Shown: piece after piece, positions 51,835 through 64,000 of the stretch | Numbering within the stretch: the first letter of the stretch is position 1 | How the letters are laid out: each line of letters starts with the position of its first letter | Source: Cirrosporium novae-zelandiae | Taxonomy: Eukaryota | Direction of reading: 5' to 3' | Assembly (NCBI GenBank): GCA_026023565.1 | Contig: JAPETS010000033.1 | Coordinates: 124,001 to 188,000, forward strand | Length of the DNA: 64,000 nt | Position numbers and translations under genes: made by a program | The notes under the pieces: model-generated | What the model was told of the DNA's origin: nothing | Databases searched by the model: none | The model's input: only the letters and a program-made list of their open reading frames with translations

Positions 51835-53128
51835 AAGAACACTTACCGAGTCACCATAGAATACGGCTTACTTCTAGAGAGGGAGTCGTCTCCTCCCACC
51901 ATGCTTAAGCCGAGATGAAACCATGCAAGCTAAAAGGGAGTTAATAGGAACAAACAAACAAATATTACGGCTGCGACTTGACGGTGAAGGAGGTTACAAT
52001 AAAGCTAACAAGTTGTCCGAAAGGACGATTTGCACCTCTTGCGATCGGCCCGAATCACCGCTGTAGTCGTTGCATCAAGTCACAAAGAGCCCGACACCGA
52101 AATTTCATGTTCGGTAGCAAGCCGGAAGAGCTAGGCTGTACTCCTAAGTTACCGAGTCTATGGCCTAGAGAAAATACTATATTCACAGCTCGTAAAAAAA
52201 ATATCTAGGCTATACAACCCACAACCTAGTAGGCCTTAAAAACCTCTTAACCGACATCTTCTGTTCTAGCCATCCCAAAGGATCACATATACAATCAAAC
52301 ACCCAAATAAAAACGAATAATCATCATCATGCCTACCATTACCATTAGGACCTAGACCCGAGGCTAGGGCCAGCAATCGCGGTTAATTAATTCCATAATT
52401 ACATACCTAAGTAATAAGTCATAAACCATAAATCATATAAAAAAACACATACTGTAATTACTTAGGCAATTATTTCTATAAAGTAAAGAGGGAAGGGGGG
52501 GGTATATTGGTTGTGATGCTTTTTGGATAAAACGTGCTATAGTAGGGCTAGGGAGGGGGTTGGATGGATGGATGATAGATAGATAGATAATGGGACCTGG
52601 TTGGATGTGTCCATGTGCGTGTGGATTTATACTATAGATAGTAATGTATCTCGAAATATAGAATTAAACTAACTTGTTAACAACGACTACCCCTATATGT
52701 TACAAAGTACATGTAAATATTTTTTGGAATGGGTTAGGGGGATTGTTTGTTTGTGGGTAGTATGGGCAGTGTATAAATTGATCTTGAAGGTATGGATAGT
52801 TTGATTTTGGTGTGGAGGGGATATAGGATAGGAGAGGATAGGATATGGAGATGGAGGTAATGTGAGAAAGATGAGATGAATGTTGGTTGAGATGTAAGGG
52901 GCTAGGAATCTTAATGATTATCTACTGGTTTATATGGATTGATGTAGGGATACTATATAGGAAGGGGGTGGAGCTAGGTATAACCGATTAGATTGTCTCT
53001 TGAAAATATCTTTATTCACGTAGGTGTATATATATTACCACCCCTCCTCCCTCCAAAAAAAAAATAACAGCGAACAAATACCACTACCCAACCCCCCCAA
53101 CATCCAACCCCATCCACCCACCTAGTCC

Positions 53129-56100
53129 TCAACCCCACCTCCTCAACCAAGCCCCAACAAACCTTCCCACATACCCCTCCCCCAAAACATCAACCCCACC
53201 CCTCAGCGCTCCACTCTCCCTCTCCGCCATGCCCGTTTCAAAAACCAACCCCTTCCTCCTCCCCGGCTCCTCAATCTCATATTTCTGAACAAAAAAATCC
53301 AGGAGTTTGATGGGTGGGTTGACAGTGGGGTCCTGGGGACCCGAACGTAGGCGGGAAATCCATTCATGCTGGGATACAGGGGTGAATTTGAGACCGGCGG
53401 CGTGGAGGGCGGGGAGGAGGTCGTGGGTCCAGGAGAAGCAGGTTGGGTTTGTGAGGTTGTAGATTTGGGGGAAGTGGGAGTGGGAGGGGGTGGGGGTTTC
53501 TTTGTTGTTATTAGGAGGAGAGGATGACGAGGAAGAAATACAAGCAAGCTCGAGGATCGAAGTCGCGAGGACATCCACAGGAAGCCACGAGGGATTTTCA
53601 TCCAGCATAGGTAGACACCCCAACGTGACGGCCGTTCTGATCATCAGGGGAATAGCCTCCGTATCATTCCACAGACCTGCCGTTCCATCCCCCACGATCT
53701 GTCCGATCCGGAAGATTTTGCTTGCCGCTCCAGCCTTCTGGGCTGCGTTTAGAACAATGTGTTCCGTGACCAGTTTGGATCGCGCGTAGCCCATATTCTG
53801 CGCGTGGGTGAGGTCAGTGATGGGGGCTTCGGGGATCTTGGTTGGGAGTGGGGTTCCTGCGGCGGCGGAGATGGATGAACAAAAATAGAAGCGGGGTGGG
53901 GTTGGGAGGTGGGAGGATAGGGAGAGGTTCAGGAGGTGAAACGTTCCTGCGATGTGGTGGGATTCGAATGATTGGACGCCTAGGTTGAAGTTTACGGCCC
54001 ATGCCGAGTGGATGATGCAGGTGGCTTCGTTTCTGATTGCTTCGAGAATTGTGGGGGATAGGCCAAGGGTTTCGTTGCTGAAGTCGGATGCGAGGGCAAT
54101 GATTTTGGATTGGTTTTGGTTGGGGACGTAGAGCTCACGCTCGAATAAGGCGGCTAGAACACGGTCGCGCGCGGCATGAGAGTTGGGGGCTCGAACGAGG
54201 CAATATACTTTGGAGACAGAGGAATTGAGGAGGGATTGGGCTAGGATGTGGGCGCCTAGAGAGCCAGTTGTGCCGGTGATGATCTAGAATGGTTGTTAAT
54301 ATTTCAGCCGATAAAAAGGGTATCAATGATAACGTGATTTCTTACCATTACTTGGCTTTTAGGCATAGGTATGCCCGTAGGTTCGTGCTTCGTGAATGTC
54401 GAATACTTTTCTATAAGATCGCGCATCACGGAAATCTCATCCCTTTTATCCATCTCAATTCCCATTCGCAATGCATATAGATATCTAGCCAGCTGTGAAA
54501 CATTCTGTTGTTCAAACACAGCATTCTGGGTCATCTTCGCTCCATTTCCACCCAGAGAAAGCTCTCTTTTGAGAAGACTCCACATCTTGATGGCTTGTAG
54601 GCTATCAACACCAGCAGAGAAGAAATCGGATTCTGTAGTTGGCAGATGGATCCCCAAGTGCGATGAGAATTTCTCCAGTAGCCATGCTTCGAGTTGGGCT
54701 TGATCAAGCTCGAGGCTTCCTTCTCGACCAGTCTCAAAATTATTGTAGGCCAGGTCAATCTGAGGGGCAAAGAGTTCATACATCTGAGCGCGGATGAAAG
54801 TTCCTTTGTCCGTCCTTGGATATAAGGTTCCTGTAGGTATGGAGACAATCATTTCTTTATCAATTCGTGAGAATGCCTCGGCTTTAGAATTTGCCTCCTC
54901 GACGGCCGGCCAGATTTGAGAAATGAAATCTTCATCTGATAAGTTTTTCGCTTTCTCGCTGCGGATGACAAGTAAACCTGGAACCGCTTTGCCAATTCCA
55001 AAGACCAACGCTTCCTGAACCGTGTCTTCTTCCTTGATGCGACCTTCAATTGTTAATGGTAGAACTTTCTCGCCATTCATCAAAGTCACTCGATCGTCAA
55101 TGCGGCCCATGTGTTTCCAGGCATCTGGTATTGTGGGATGTTTGATAAACAAATCTCTAGTTCTGAAGGATTTTGGTGGATTATCGGAATTGCTCGTAGT
55201 TTTTGACTTCAAACCATCGAGAACAACACACTCATAACTTCCTGGAGCGATTTCGTCCATCAGCACATACGGTTTTACTTTAGGTAGAATGCGATTGTAG
55301 TCCCATGCATCATCGCCCGCGGGGCGGAAGGACGTCATGAGTTGGCCTGTCTCCGTACTAATATTGATAAGCGTGTAGCTCGGGATTATCCTTAAGGTGT
55401 AGCTATCTTGACTTACGATCCATAATGCGACACCAAATTAACCCCCTGACTCACCAGTCGATGTCCAAGTTCATCTGGACATCCACTCCCACCAAAGAGT
55501 ACAATTTTGCATGACTTTAAGACCTCAGCTCCCTGCTCATGCTCTCCAAGTAGCTTCAAGGCATATGGAACGCCATAAAAAATCTCAGGTTTAACAAACT
55601 GAAAGACATCCACAAGATTTCCCCCTGTCAATGGAAGGTTTGCATTGTAGAAGAATATTTCGTTCCTTGAGTACATGGATCTGTAAAAGCAGCAAAGTCC
55701 GTGGTTATGATAGAGGGGCAAGGTAATAAACCCACGCATTGGGAAACCAGTGGAGTAATTGCCAATATTAGCCCCATGAGTTTGGAAAATTGGTTTTGGG
55801 AGCCCAGTTGAACCTGAAGAGTGGATAATGAAAGAGAGTCTTTTGCTTGACTCAGGCGTACTAGCTGGAGGAATATATCGAGGCTCGGTTAGGTTGTGAA
55901 AGTCGTAGTCATGGCGGGAGAGCATTGGAAATTGCTCTACTTTCCTTTGCTGTTGAATTTCTGACAAGGTTTTTGCGAATTGGGGTGTATGAACCAACAT
56001 ACTGCACGACGCCTTTTCTAACAGAGAAACATAGGCTATAACAGAGAGTCTAGTTGATAAAAAGAAAACAGTATATCCTAATCTAACAAGACCAAACATT

Positions 56101-56502
56101 GAAACAAGGTAATTCAAATCCGAAGGTCCCAATAAAGCTACAACACAAGGAGTTTTCTGGACCTATATTAGAATTTCATTTATTCAAAAATGACTTGGTT
56201 GAACTCACCGTTGGAGCAATTCCATTCTGCATGAGCTTCTTAGCACTATGGTCCGTAAATCTATCCAGATCCTTTGGTGTGAAATGCTCATAGTCTATAA
56301 GGCCATGTTTAGATTTTGGATAGGCTACTAGTGGAACCTGTTCTTCATCAGAAGCGCGATCGCATAGAAGATCATCGATCGTATATATTGGCTTCTTTTC
56401 AATTGCATGGACCTCAAAGGTTGGTTTGATGGAGGACGCGGAAGAAGAAAGCCGATCTTCCGGAACTGGGAGAACAGGACGCTGAGTCTCAACAACGAGC
56501 AT
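53129..56502 (-). CDS. NRPS-like A-T-R enzyme (carboxylic acid reductase type)
   Basis: A domain HSSGSTGLPKP, YGS-TETG, RTRDLF and GRIDD; T domain DFFSAGVDSL; R domain ITGTTGSLG and GYARSK; 3 introns. Confidence 0.93.
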
Positions 56503-57089
56503 GGTAGCACAATAAAACAATAATTAGAGATGAAAATACAATGCTAAAGCCAAGACGAAGGTGATTTCTTTTCTCTTATAAATGAGTGGATATAGGTAAC
56601 TGAAAATAGGATTCCTGGGGAAATCCGGTAATCGATTATTCCGTAAACCCAGAGTGGGGCCAGGAACAATTTCATAATGATGAATTGCATTGGCTCTAAA
56701 CTGTTTGATCTCAAAGAGTCTATAGAGGCTATAGCAGGGAGAGCATAGTTGCCGGGAAATCTAAGATGCCTTGGATTGAAGCATTGTTCGGCAATCATAT
56801 CTGAATATTTCCGCCCTCGGATAAGCAAGAAACGGAAAAGCAAAAGCACCCCCACACCTACCTGGATGTCGTACATCCAACCACAAGGTCTTCTCCGGAG
56901 TAACTGAGGGGAAATCGATGAGTTACACAACTGTCGGGAGAAAATGACCAGTAACTAGAAACTGGCATAGAAAGTAAAATCATAAAACTTCTTGCCCAGG
57001 ACATCTCCATCTTACTTGAAGGGTTATATCTCGCATATATGTTCAGCAATTGGACTTTTAACCAATAATTTCTGTAAAGGTTGCTCAAA

Positions 57090-58434
57090 ATGGCCATGGG
57101 AAGAACTTTCAAGCTCAATTCGGGCTACGAGATACCAGCTATTGGATTAGGAACATGGGTTTGTTTCGAAATACATCCTTTCACTATAGTACGATTATCT
57201 GATACTCCAGCTATAGCAATCTAAACCACACGAGGTTGAAAAGGCCGTGGAAACCGCTCTGCGAGTAGGATATCGACATATCGATGGTGCAGCAATATAT
57301 CAGAACGAAACCGAAGTAGGGCAAGGGTGGAAGAACTCTGGAGCTCCGAGGGAAGACATATTTGTAACGAAAGCCTTGAGAACAATGAGGAATCATATAT
57401 TAACCGCAGAATTGGTAGATAACCAGCAAGCTTTGGAATACTCATCATCTCCCCGAAAACGTGGAGAAGGCTGTCAACAAAACTCTCAAGGACTTACAAA
57501 CGGATTATCTGGACCTATATCTGGTAAGGATGGTCCGAATCCCACAATTGCTTCATGGGATGACTAATTAGCATAAGATTCATTGGCCTGTCTCCTTTGT
57601 GTACAGCGAAAATAACCCCTTCCCGACGGACCCCGAAACAGGTCTCATAGCCTTGGCTGATGTACCTATATGCGATACTTGGAGTGCCATGGAGAAATTA
57701 GTAGAGTCAGGCAAGATTCGAAGCATTGGAATCAGTAACTTTTCCGTAGAAAAGACAAAAGAATTGTTGAAGACTGCCAAGATTGTACCAGCTGTCAACC
57801 AGATCGAAGCGCATCCATGGATACAACAACCTGAGTTTATGGATTATATGAAGGAATTAGTAAGTAGTTAGGCTGTTCGATGGCCTCAGGTCAGATATCA
57901 GGATCGATAAGTAGACTGACACCACACAGAATATTCTGGTTACTGCATACAGTCCCTTGGGTAACAACATCTATGGTCTGCCCCGGTATGCTCTTCTCCA
58001 AAATCCTTTAATGTCGCTCGTATAGTCGTAGCTAAGCTGATACGTCATGAGTGACAAGAGTTGTTGACGACCCTGAGATCCATGAAATTGCAACCCGGTT
58101 GCAAAAGGATCCGGCACAGGTGCTCATCGCCTGGGCTGTGCAGCGGGGCACAGTTGTTTTGCCTAAGAGTGTAACTGAATCGCGAATTCAGAGCAACTTC
58201 CAAGGTAACTATCTGTTTCATTATCATTCAAAGGAAAGAAAGATATGTTAACAAGTCGTAGACTTTGTTCTTTCGGATCCAGATTTTCAGAAACTCAACT
58301 CCATGGACCAACACAAGAGATACAATTTCCCATCGCGATGGGGTTATGATGTTTTTGGAGAAGCTGGAGAAGAATTTGTAAAGAAGGCTGCCAAGGATTT
58401 TGCAGAACAGCAAAAGGCAATAAAAGTCAATTGA
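57090..58434 (+). CDS. NADPH-dependent aldo-keto reductase (GCY1/aldehyde reductase-like), multi-intron
   Basis: [53 protein letters not shown] and LPKS. Confidence 0.93.
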
Positions 58435-59118
58435 TAGTATAAGTGTACAGCAGTCGAAGCACCGAAGGGGTTTGCCGGCATTGGACATCGAGGAATACAT
58501 CCAAGGGAATCACAGTGACAGATCTAGATAGCCTCTAGTTAGTAATTGAATAAAAAGACGATGTCAATCATAGCAGTTTGCGATGGAAAATACCAATAAA
58601 ACATAGCAACCAACCCATCCGAAATATGTAATAGTTGAAGATACTCGGCAACAAATGCATGATAGCTAAAGTTATGTTTTAGGGCGCCTTGGGCGGTGAT
58701 AAGCCTGAAGAACAACAAACACCCCCAAACTTCAATGACTCTAAATGATATCCAACATTTCCAGAATAGCCCTTAAGCCATCAAATATCATAGATGATTT
58801 TAAGATCGAAACTATCTTTCAACAAGGAATACTGAATCTGCTAGCTTCGTTATAGGGCTGACTTCTATAGAAGCTTGTACTTATTTCCCCGCATTTCGCT
58901 ATTTACTTTAACTCCTCTTTCATTTAGTCAAGCACTACATTCAAGTATACATAGTACGGACTATGTTGGGCTTATTTTACCACGGTCTTTTTAGCCCATT
59001 CTTTTCATGTCATTCAGAAAATTTATCCGATATCTCACTTTGTGGTTTATAACGTTTTCATCATTTGCTCATTCCCCTTCTCCTTGTGGAAGAACTGCCA
59101 TTAAGACTTGGGTTCACC

Positions 59119-61632
59119 ATGACCGAGGCCCCCGAAAATGTAGGGAGGAGAGCTCAAAGAGGTGGACGCAGACACAGTGTACCTCATACAAGTCCTAGGC
59201 AGCGAGATGAGCATGAAAACTCGTCAGCCCAGAAACAAAAACAGCAACGAAGAGCAACAAAAGAACGGCAGAGGGTGAGCCGAGCTTGTGATATCTGCAA
59301 AAGAAAGAAATCTAGATGCAGTGGTACATATCCATGTGTCTCTTGCGTCGATTCAGGACTTACTTGCGAATTCAATGCTCAGTATAATCGTGGACGATTA
59401 CCACCTACACCTCCTGCTAACCCGGCTGGTGACTTGAGTTCTAGACCATCATCACATCCCGATTCTGGGTATATAAATGATGAATGCTCACAACAAGAGA
59501 CTATTGAAGATAACGAAGACCATAGTCAAACTCCGACAACAACAGAAGCTCCAGGAGAAGATGCTTCCCTGCTTCCTGACCCAGAAGATTCCAGTCTTTA
59601 TCAGCCCCAAGAAAGTTCTACAGGACTAGAATCTCGTAACTCGCCCGAACCGTCCCATACTGATCTTCAAGGTCATTATGTGGGATCGTCATCTGGCATC
59701 TCGTTTCTAATTCGAGCTCAAAGGCGACTGCGGCGGAACCTGTCTCTACCTTCAGAGCTAAATCAAGTCTCTTCATCGTCAATATTTACTTTTGGTGATG
59801 TCCCACTGCCGGATTTTGATATCGCAAGTTTTATACTCCCTTCAAAACAGGAAGCATGGACTTTTATTGCAAGATACTTTGACTTCGGGATGCCGACCTA
59901 TCGTTTTCTACATCGTCCTACGATTGAATCATGGACCAATCAATTCTACGATGATCCACAGAATGCCTTACAAGACGATGGCGTACGTGGAAAAAATGCT
60001 GTTCTTTTCATGGTGTTTGCGATTGCCTCTAATAGAGACAGTGAAAAAGGAGACCAAGGGTAGGTCATATTATCTCTGATTTAATCCCGTCAAAACTAAA
60101 TCCACAGGGCTCGATATTTCCAAGCCGCAGAAAGGCAGTTGGGTGCGGAGAAGGGACGAACTCGGCTTGAAAGCGTCCAAGCTCGTTTATGCCAATGCTT
60201 CTATCTTCTTTCCCATTCTAATGTCAACCATTGCTGGAGTCTATTTGGAACAACGTCTCGACTCATACAGGCTCTAGGCCTTCATAGGAAACGACCACCG
60301 GTAACAGATCAGACCAATGCGGGGATGGCCGGAAATTTCGTCGATCAAGAGTCGCGGAAGAGAGTCTTTTGGTGCGCCTATATACTTGATCGATATTTAA
60401 GCTCAATACTTGGAAGGCCATGTACCTTTCATGATGAAGATTTGGATCAGGTAAGTTGAAGGTATGAATCTTGAGGTAAGTTAATGGAGTTACTGATCTT
60501 ACTTTTCATAGGTCCTACCTGAAGCAATAGACGATAGTGATTTCACAGCAACATCATTTTTTCGATCCAATAAACTTCAATGTCAGACGCTTGCCTGCAT
60601 ACAACACATCAAACTGGGTCGAATAGTATCAAAAATACTCAAAAGCCTCTACGGGCTTCGGGTGGTTAGGGAACCCTCCCGGATCGAATTGGTGACGGCT
60701 TATACTCGTGAACTAGATGAATGGAAAACAAGTCTACCTCCATTCCTCGACCCTTCTCGGGTAGACCCAGCACTGCTGCTTCCAATCTTTCAAAGGCAAA
60801 GCACAATGCTTAGCTTTGCGCTATCCCATGCACGGATTTTGGTCCATCGTCCATTTCTCCTACGAGAAGATCGACAGCATGGCCAAAGTCCATCAGATCT
60901 TGTCATCCAGAGGTTTAGGCGAGAGTGTGTCGATGCAGCTTCGACGGTGGTGGATATGGTAGATACCCTGATGGAGAGAAAACAAGTGACGCGAGCTTTT
61001 TGGTTCACACAATATGTCACCTTTTCAGCCGTTGTGGTTCTCTATGTTTACTCTATCCAGTATTGTTCTCAGGACGGCGTACAGAGGATGAGGTATTTTG
61101 ACGCTGCTAATAAATGTGCCAATCATTTGAAAAGCCTGGCCACCAAACATTCACTTGCACAGAGATATGTCGTGGTCATTGAGGCTTTACGACTTGAAGC
61201 TATGTCTATATTGCCTAACAACGAGCAAAGCTTTGGCAAAGAAGTCGAAGGCAACAGGACTAGTGGAAATAAGAGTGAGATGGCCATACCAATGCACCAA
61301 GAATCGATTCAACATAAAAGTCCCCACTTAGGAGCAGAGCAAAGGATAACCCCTGAATCCATGAATTTGGCTATAAATATGGAGACGTCATTGATAAATC
61401 AAGAGTTCTCATCTCATGCACAATACGAAGAGGGCAATTGGGATGCACTTCTTGATGGTAACGGAAGCTCAATTTTGTCTCCAGATGGTATTGTTCAAGG
61501 AGCTGGTTGGACAGACTTTGATTCTCTGGTATAGTACATTAATTCACTGACTTATTAGGTATAATTACTTACTGTTTGCAGGTAATGGGCCAGCTGGATG
61601 ATATAGGTTACCTTGAATCATTTACCTCCTAG
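59119..61632 (+). CDS. Zn(II)2Cys6 transcription factor with Fungal_trans domain
   Basis: ACDICKRKKSRCSGTYPCVSCVDSGLTC; DLQGHYVGSSSG; LGLHR..RKRVFWCAYILD..GRP; 3 introns. Confidence 0.93.
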
Positions 61633-62580
61633 GATACAATATGTCATATCAAGCTATGCTTCACCAACAATCTGATCCCTATCAGATGCGCAGTGACCTC
61701 AAAGCCTATATAAACCATCAAGCTATTCTCAAAGGGGATCTCAAGTTCTAGTCTCTGCATAGACTTCCATACCAACTATCATATGAATCCAAACCCTATA
61801 GACAGTCAACCCGTCCAACCAAAGAAAGATCCCCACAACTGACTCTCTTCAAACAAAAGTCGCATTCTTAAAACCTCCAGACAGGTTTCCCAACAAACTC
61901 ACGACAAAGCTTTATCCAATTTGGCCTCATACAATCACCCTCGAGCCAGCAACCTACAAAATCACCACAGCACTTCTCGGTCAAAACCCACACCATCCAA
62001 CACACCCAACTAGCCCCCCCCCCCAAAAGAAAACACCGACTCACCATACCCAGCTCTTGAAGCCCCTCTCCAATTTACAGTACATGTCCAATATCTAAAA
62101 AGACCATAACCCTCCCCAACTTTCCTTCCTTCCTTCCTTACTCTGAACTCCTAGCTTTGTTTTTGGGTTAGTTAGGGAGTTAGACTCCGATAGTATTTTT
62201 TCTATATAACTGGGGATGGCATTGGAGGAGAAGTAGGGATGTGGGTTTGGGATTAGTGATTGGGAATTTGTGGGGTTTTCGTTAAAGGAAGGGGGGTGTG
62301 GTACTTGGAATTGGAATTTGGAATTTGGAATGGATGTTAAGATGGATGGTTCTTATACTACTGCAACTACTCAATCTTCATCTCAAACCCCTCCTCATTG
62401 GTACCCGATGCGATAGGAAATTTTGTACATGTACATGTACAGTATAGTGAACCTACCAACCCCAAAAGGGAAAATAAATAAATAAAGAAAAGGAATTGAA
62501 ATTCTAGTACTCCGGTAGATGTCTAGATACATATCCATATATATTACACATAATACACACAACGTCAAGTACCCAAACAC

Positions 62581-64000
62581 TCAAATCAACAAAACCCTCA
62601 TCCTCAACCCCTCCATCGCCCTCCTCCAATCCCACAGCCCCCCCTCCTCCTCCCCACCTATCCCACCCATCCCCCCACTTACCCTCCTCCTATCCCAACA
62701 CATCTCCATAACCCTCAAAACCGTCGATAAGTTCCCAAACTCCCTCGCCTCCTGTCCCACCTCTTCAATCAAATTTCTAAAAAACCCTTTCAGGGGCTCT
62801 TCGGCCATGCATCCGGCGATACAGACGGGCCAGACGAGACCGCGGATGGCTTGGGGGTCGGAGCAGAGGTGGCGGAGTTCTTGGAGGTGGGAGACGGTGG
62901 AGCGGACGCTGGTGCGGATTTCGGGGAGGGTGGGGGAGGGGCCGGATATTACGGTGTGGAGGTATACTTGGGCGGCGTGGGCGTAGATGAGGGTTATGGA
63001 TTTTCGGATTTGGGTGGTTATAGAGGTGGTGTTGGGTTCTGAGGGGGATGTATGAGGGTCTTGAAGGACTTGGGTGATGCCATCTGCGAGATGTTGGTGG
63101 ATTACACGACCCCTCTCTACTAGGTCCCACACGCTGAGGGAATTTTGACTTTGGGTTTCGAGCTTCCAGCCGTTTAGGGAGGCCGTTTGGGCGATCTGGA
63201 TTAGGACCCAAGAGTCACAGCCACAGATGTTCTGGAGATCGATACGGTTGGAGCGGAGGAGTGTGTGATGGTGGTGTAGTAGATGAGGTGCACGGCCTGT
63301 GGAGGCACAAGCGCAGACGTCCATCCAGAGGACTACTCCGGTAAGGAAGCGCAGAGCTGTTTCCTCAAGGGCGTCGGGCTCATCCTTTTCTGCCTCTTCT
63401 TCTATCCAGGTTGTGTGGGTTGGAGAATTTTGAGTTGAGCAGGCACTTGAGGATGAAGATGAGGTGTGAGATTGGGTTTGGCGGCTCTCTTCCATGGTTG
63501 ATACTAGAGCTGTGGCGGCGTCTAGGTGCATTTGCCATTCGCTGATACCACCTCGGAAAAGCTTTCCAATAAAAATTGTCAGCAAGAGGAAAAGTATTTG
63601 GGGTTTATATATTGATGGAATTGTAACTGACCTCGAAACTAATCAGCTGCACTCCACACGCCAAAACCTCGATTTGTTTTCTCTTATCTGCCTCTCCTCC
63701 ACTTCCATAACTATTCTGTACACAGACCTGCAGCTCCTGTAGCGCACGGTTGTGATGCTCGTTTAATTCTTGTAAGGTGTCGTTGAACCCTCTAGATTTT
63801 CTGGTACGTCCGTCTTTGTTTAGGAGAGAGTGTTGATGTAAAGCGCTGAGACTGAGAGCTGCATGGTAGAGTGGTTTTGTTGTAGTCAAAAGCCAGAGCA
63901 ACCAGCCACGTCCTCCAGATTGAACTGAGGGGATATGGAAACGCCATTGGAGAGTGAAAACATAGTCGAGGTAGTGCATTAGTAGCTCGGCTTCACGATG
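62581..64000 (-). CDS. Fungal-specific transcription factor (Fungal_trans_2/DUF3468-type), 5' end outside the window
   Basis: MHYLDYVF, GGRGWLLWLL, WQMHLDAA, CGCDSWV and LVWPVCIAGCMA; intron about 63567-63632. Confidence 0.85.

Noticed and set aside
1..64000. tRNA/rRNA genes, intact transposases, Starship captain recombinase
   Set aside because: None recognised by eye; tRNAscan-SE, Infernal and HMM searches would be needed to exclude them.

Overview
Intron-rich genomic DNA from a filamentous ascomycete (Pezizomycotina; short GT-AG introns with CTAAC/CTGAC branch points). About 20 protein-coding genes are supported: an SSU1/MAE1-type transporter, a LIM protein, INO1, an OB-fold protein, a co-oriented P450 + PDR ABC transporter + Zn2Cys6 trio, an intracellular GH13 alpha-amylase, a small secreted Cys-rich protein, NTH1, a FAM32A-like gene, gamma-tubulin, a tannase/feruloyl esterase, a HET protein, an NRPS-like A-T-R reductase + aldo-keto reductase + Zn2Cys6 cluster and a partial TF. 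These are separated by AT-rich, apparently RIP-degraded stretches. The best hidden signals are: (1) a spliced, ACG-initiated 32-codon uORF in the INO1 leader, invisible in the ORF track; (2) two convergent microgenes near the HET gene that share a Cys/His motif; (3) a CGGA-N1-2-CAAAAG motif upstream of all three genes of the P450/ABC/TF trio. All gene models were built by eye and no database searches were run.
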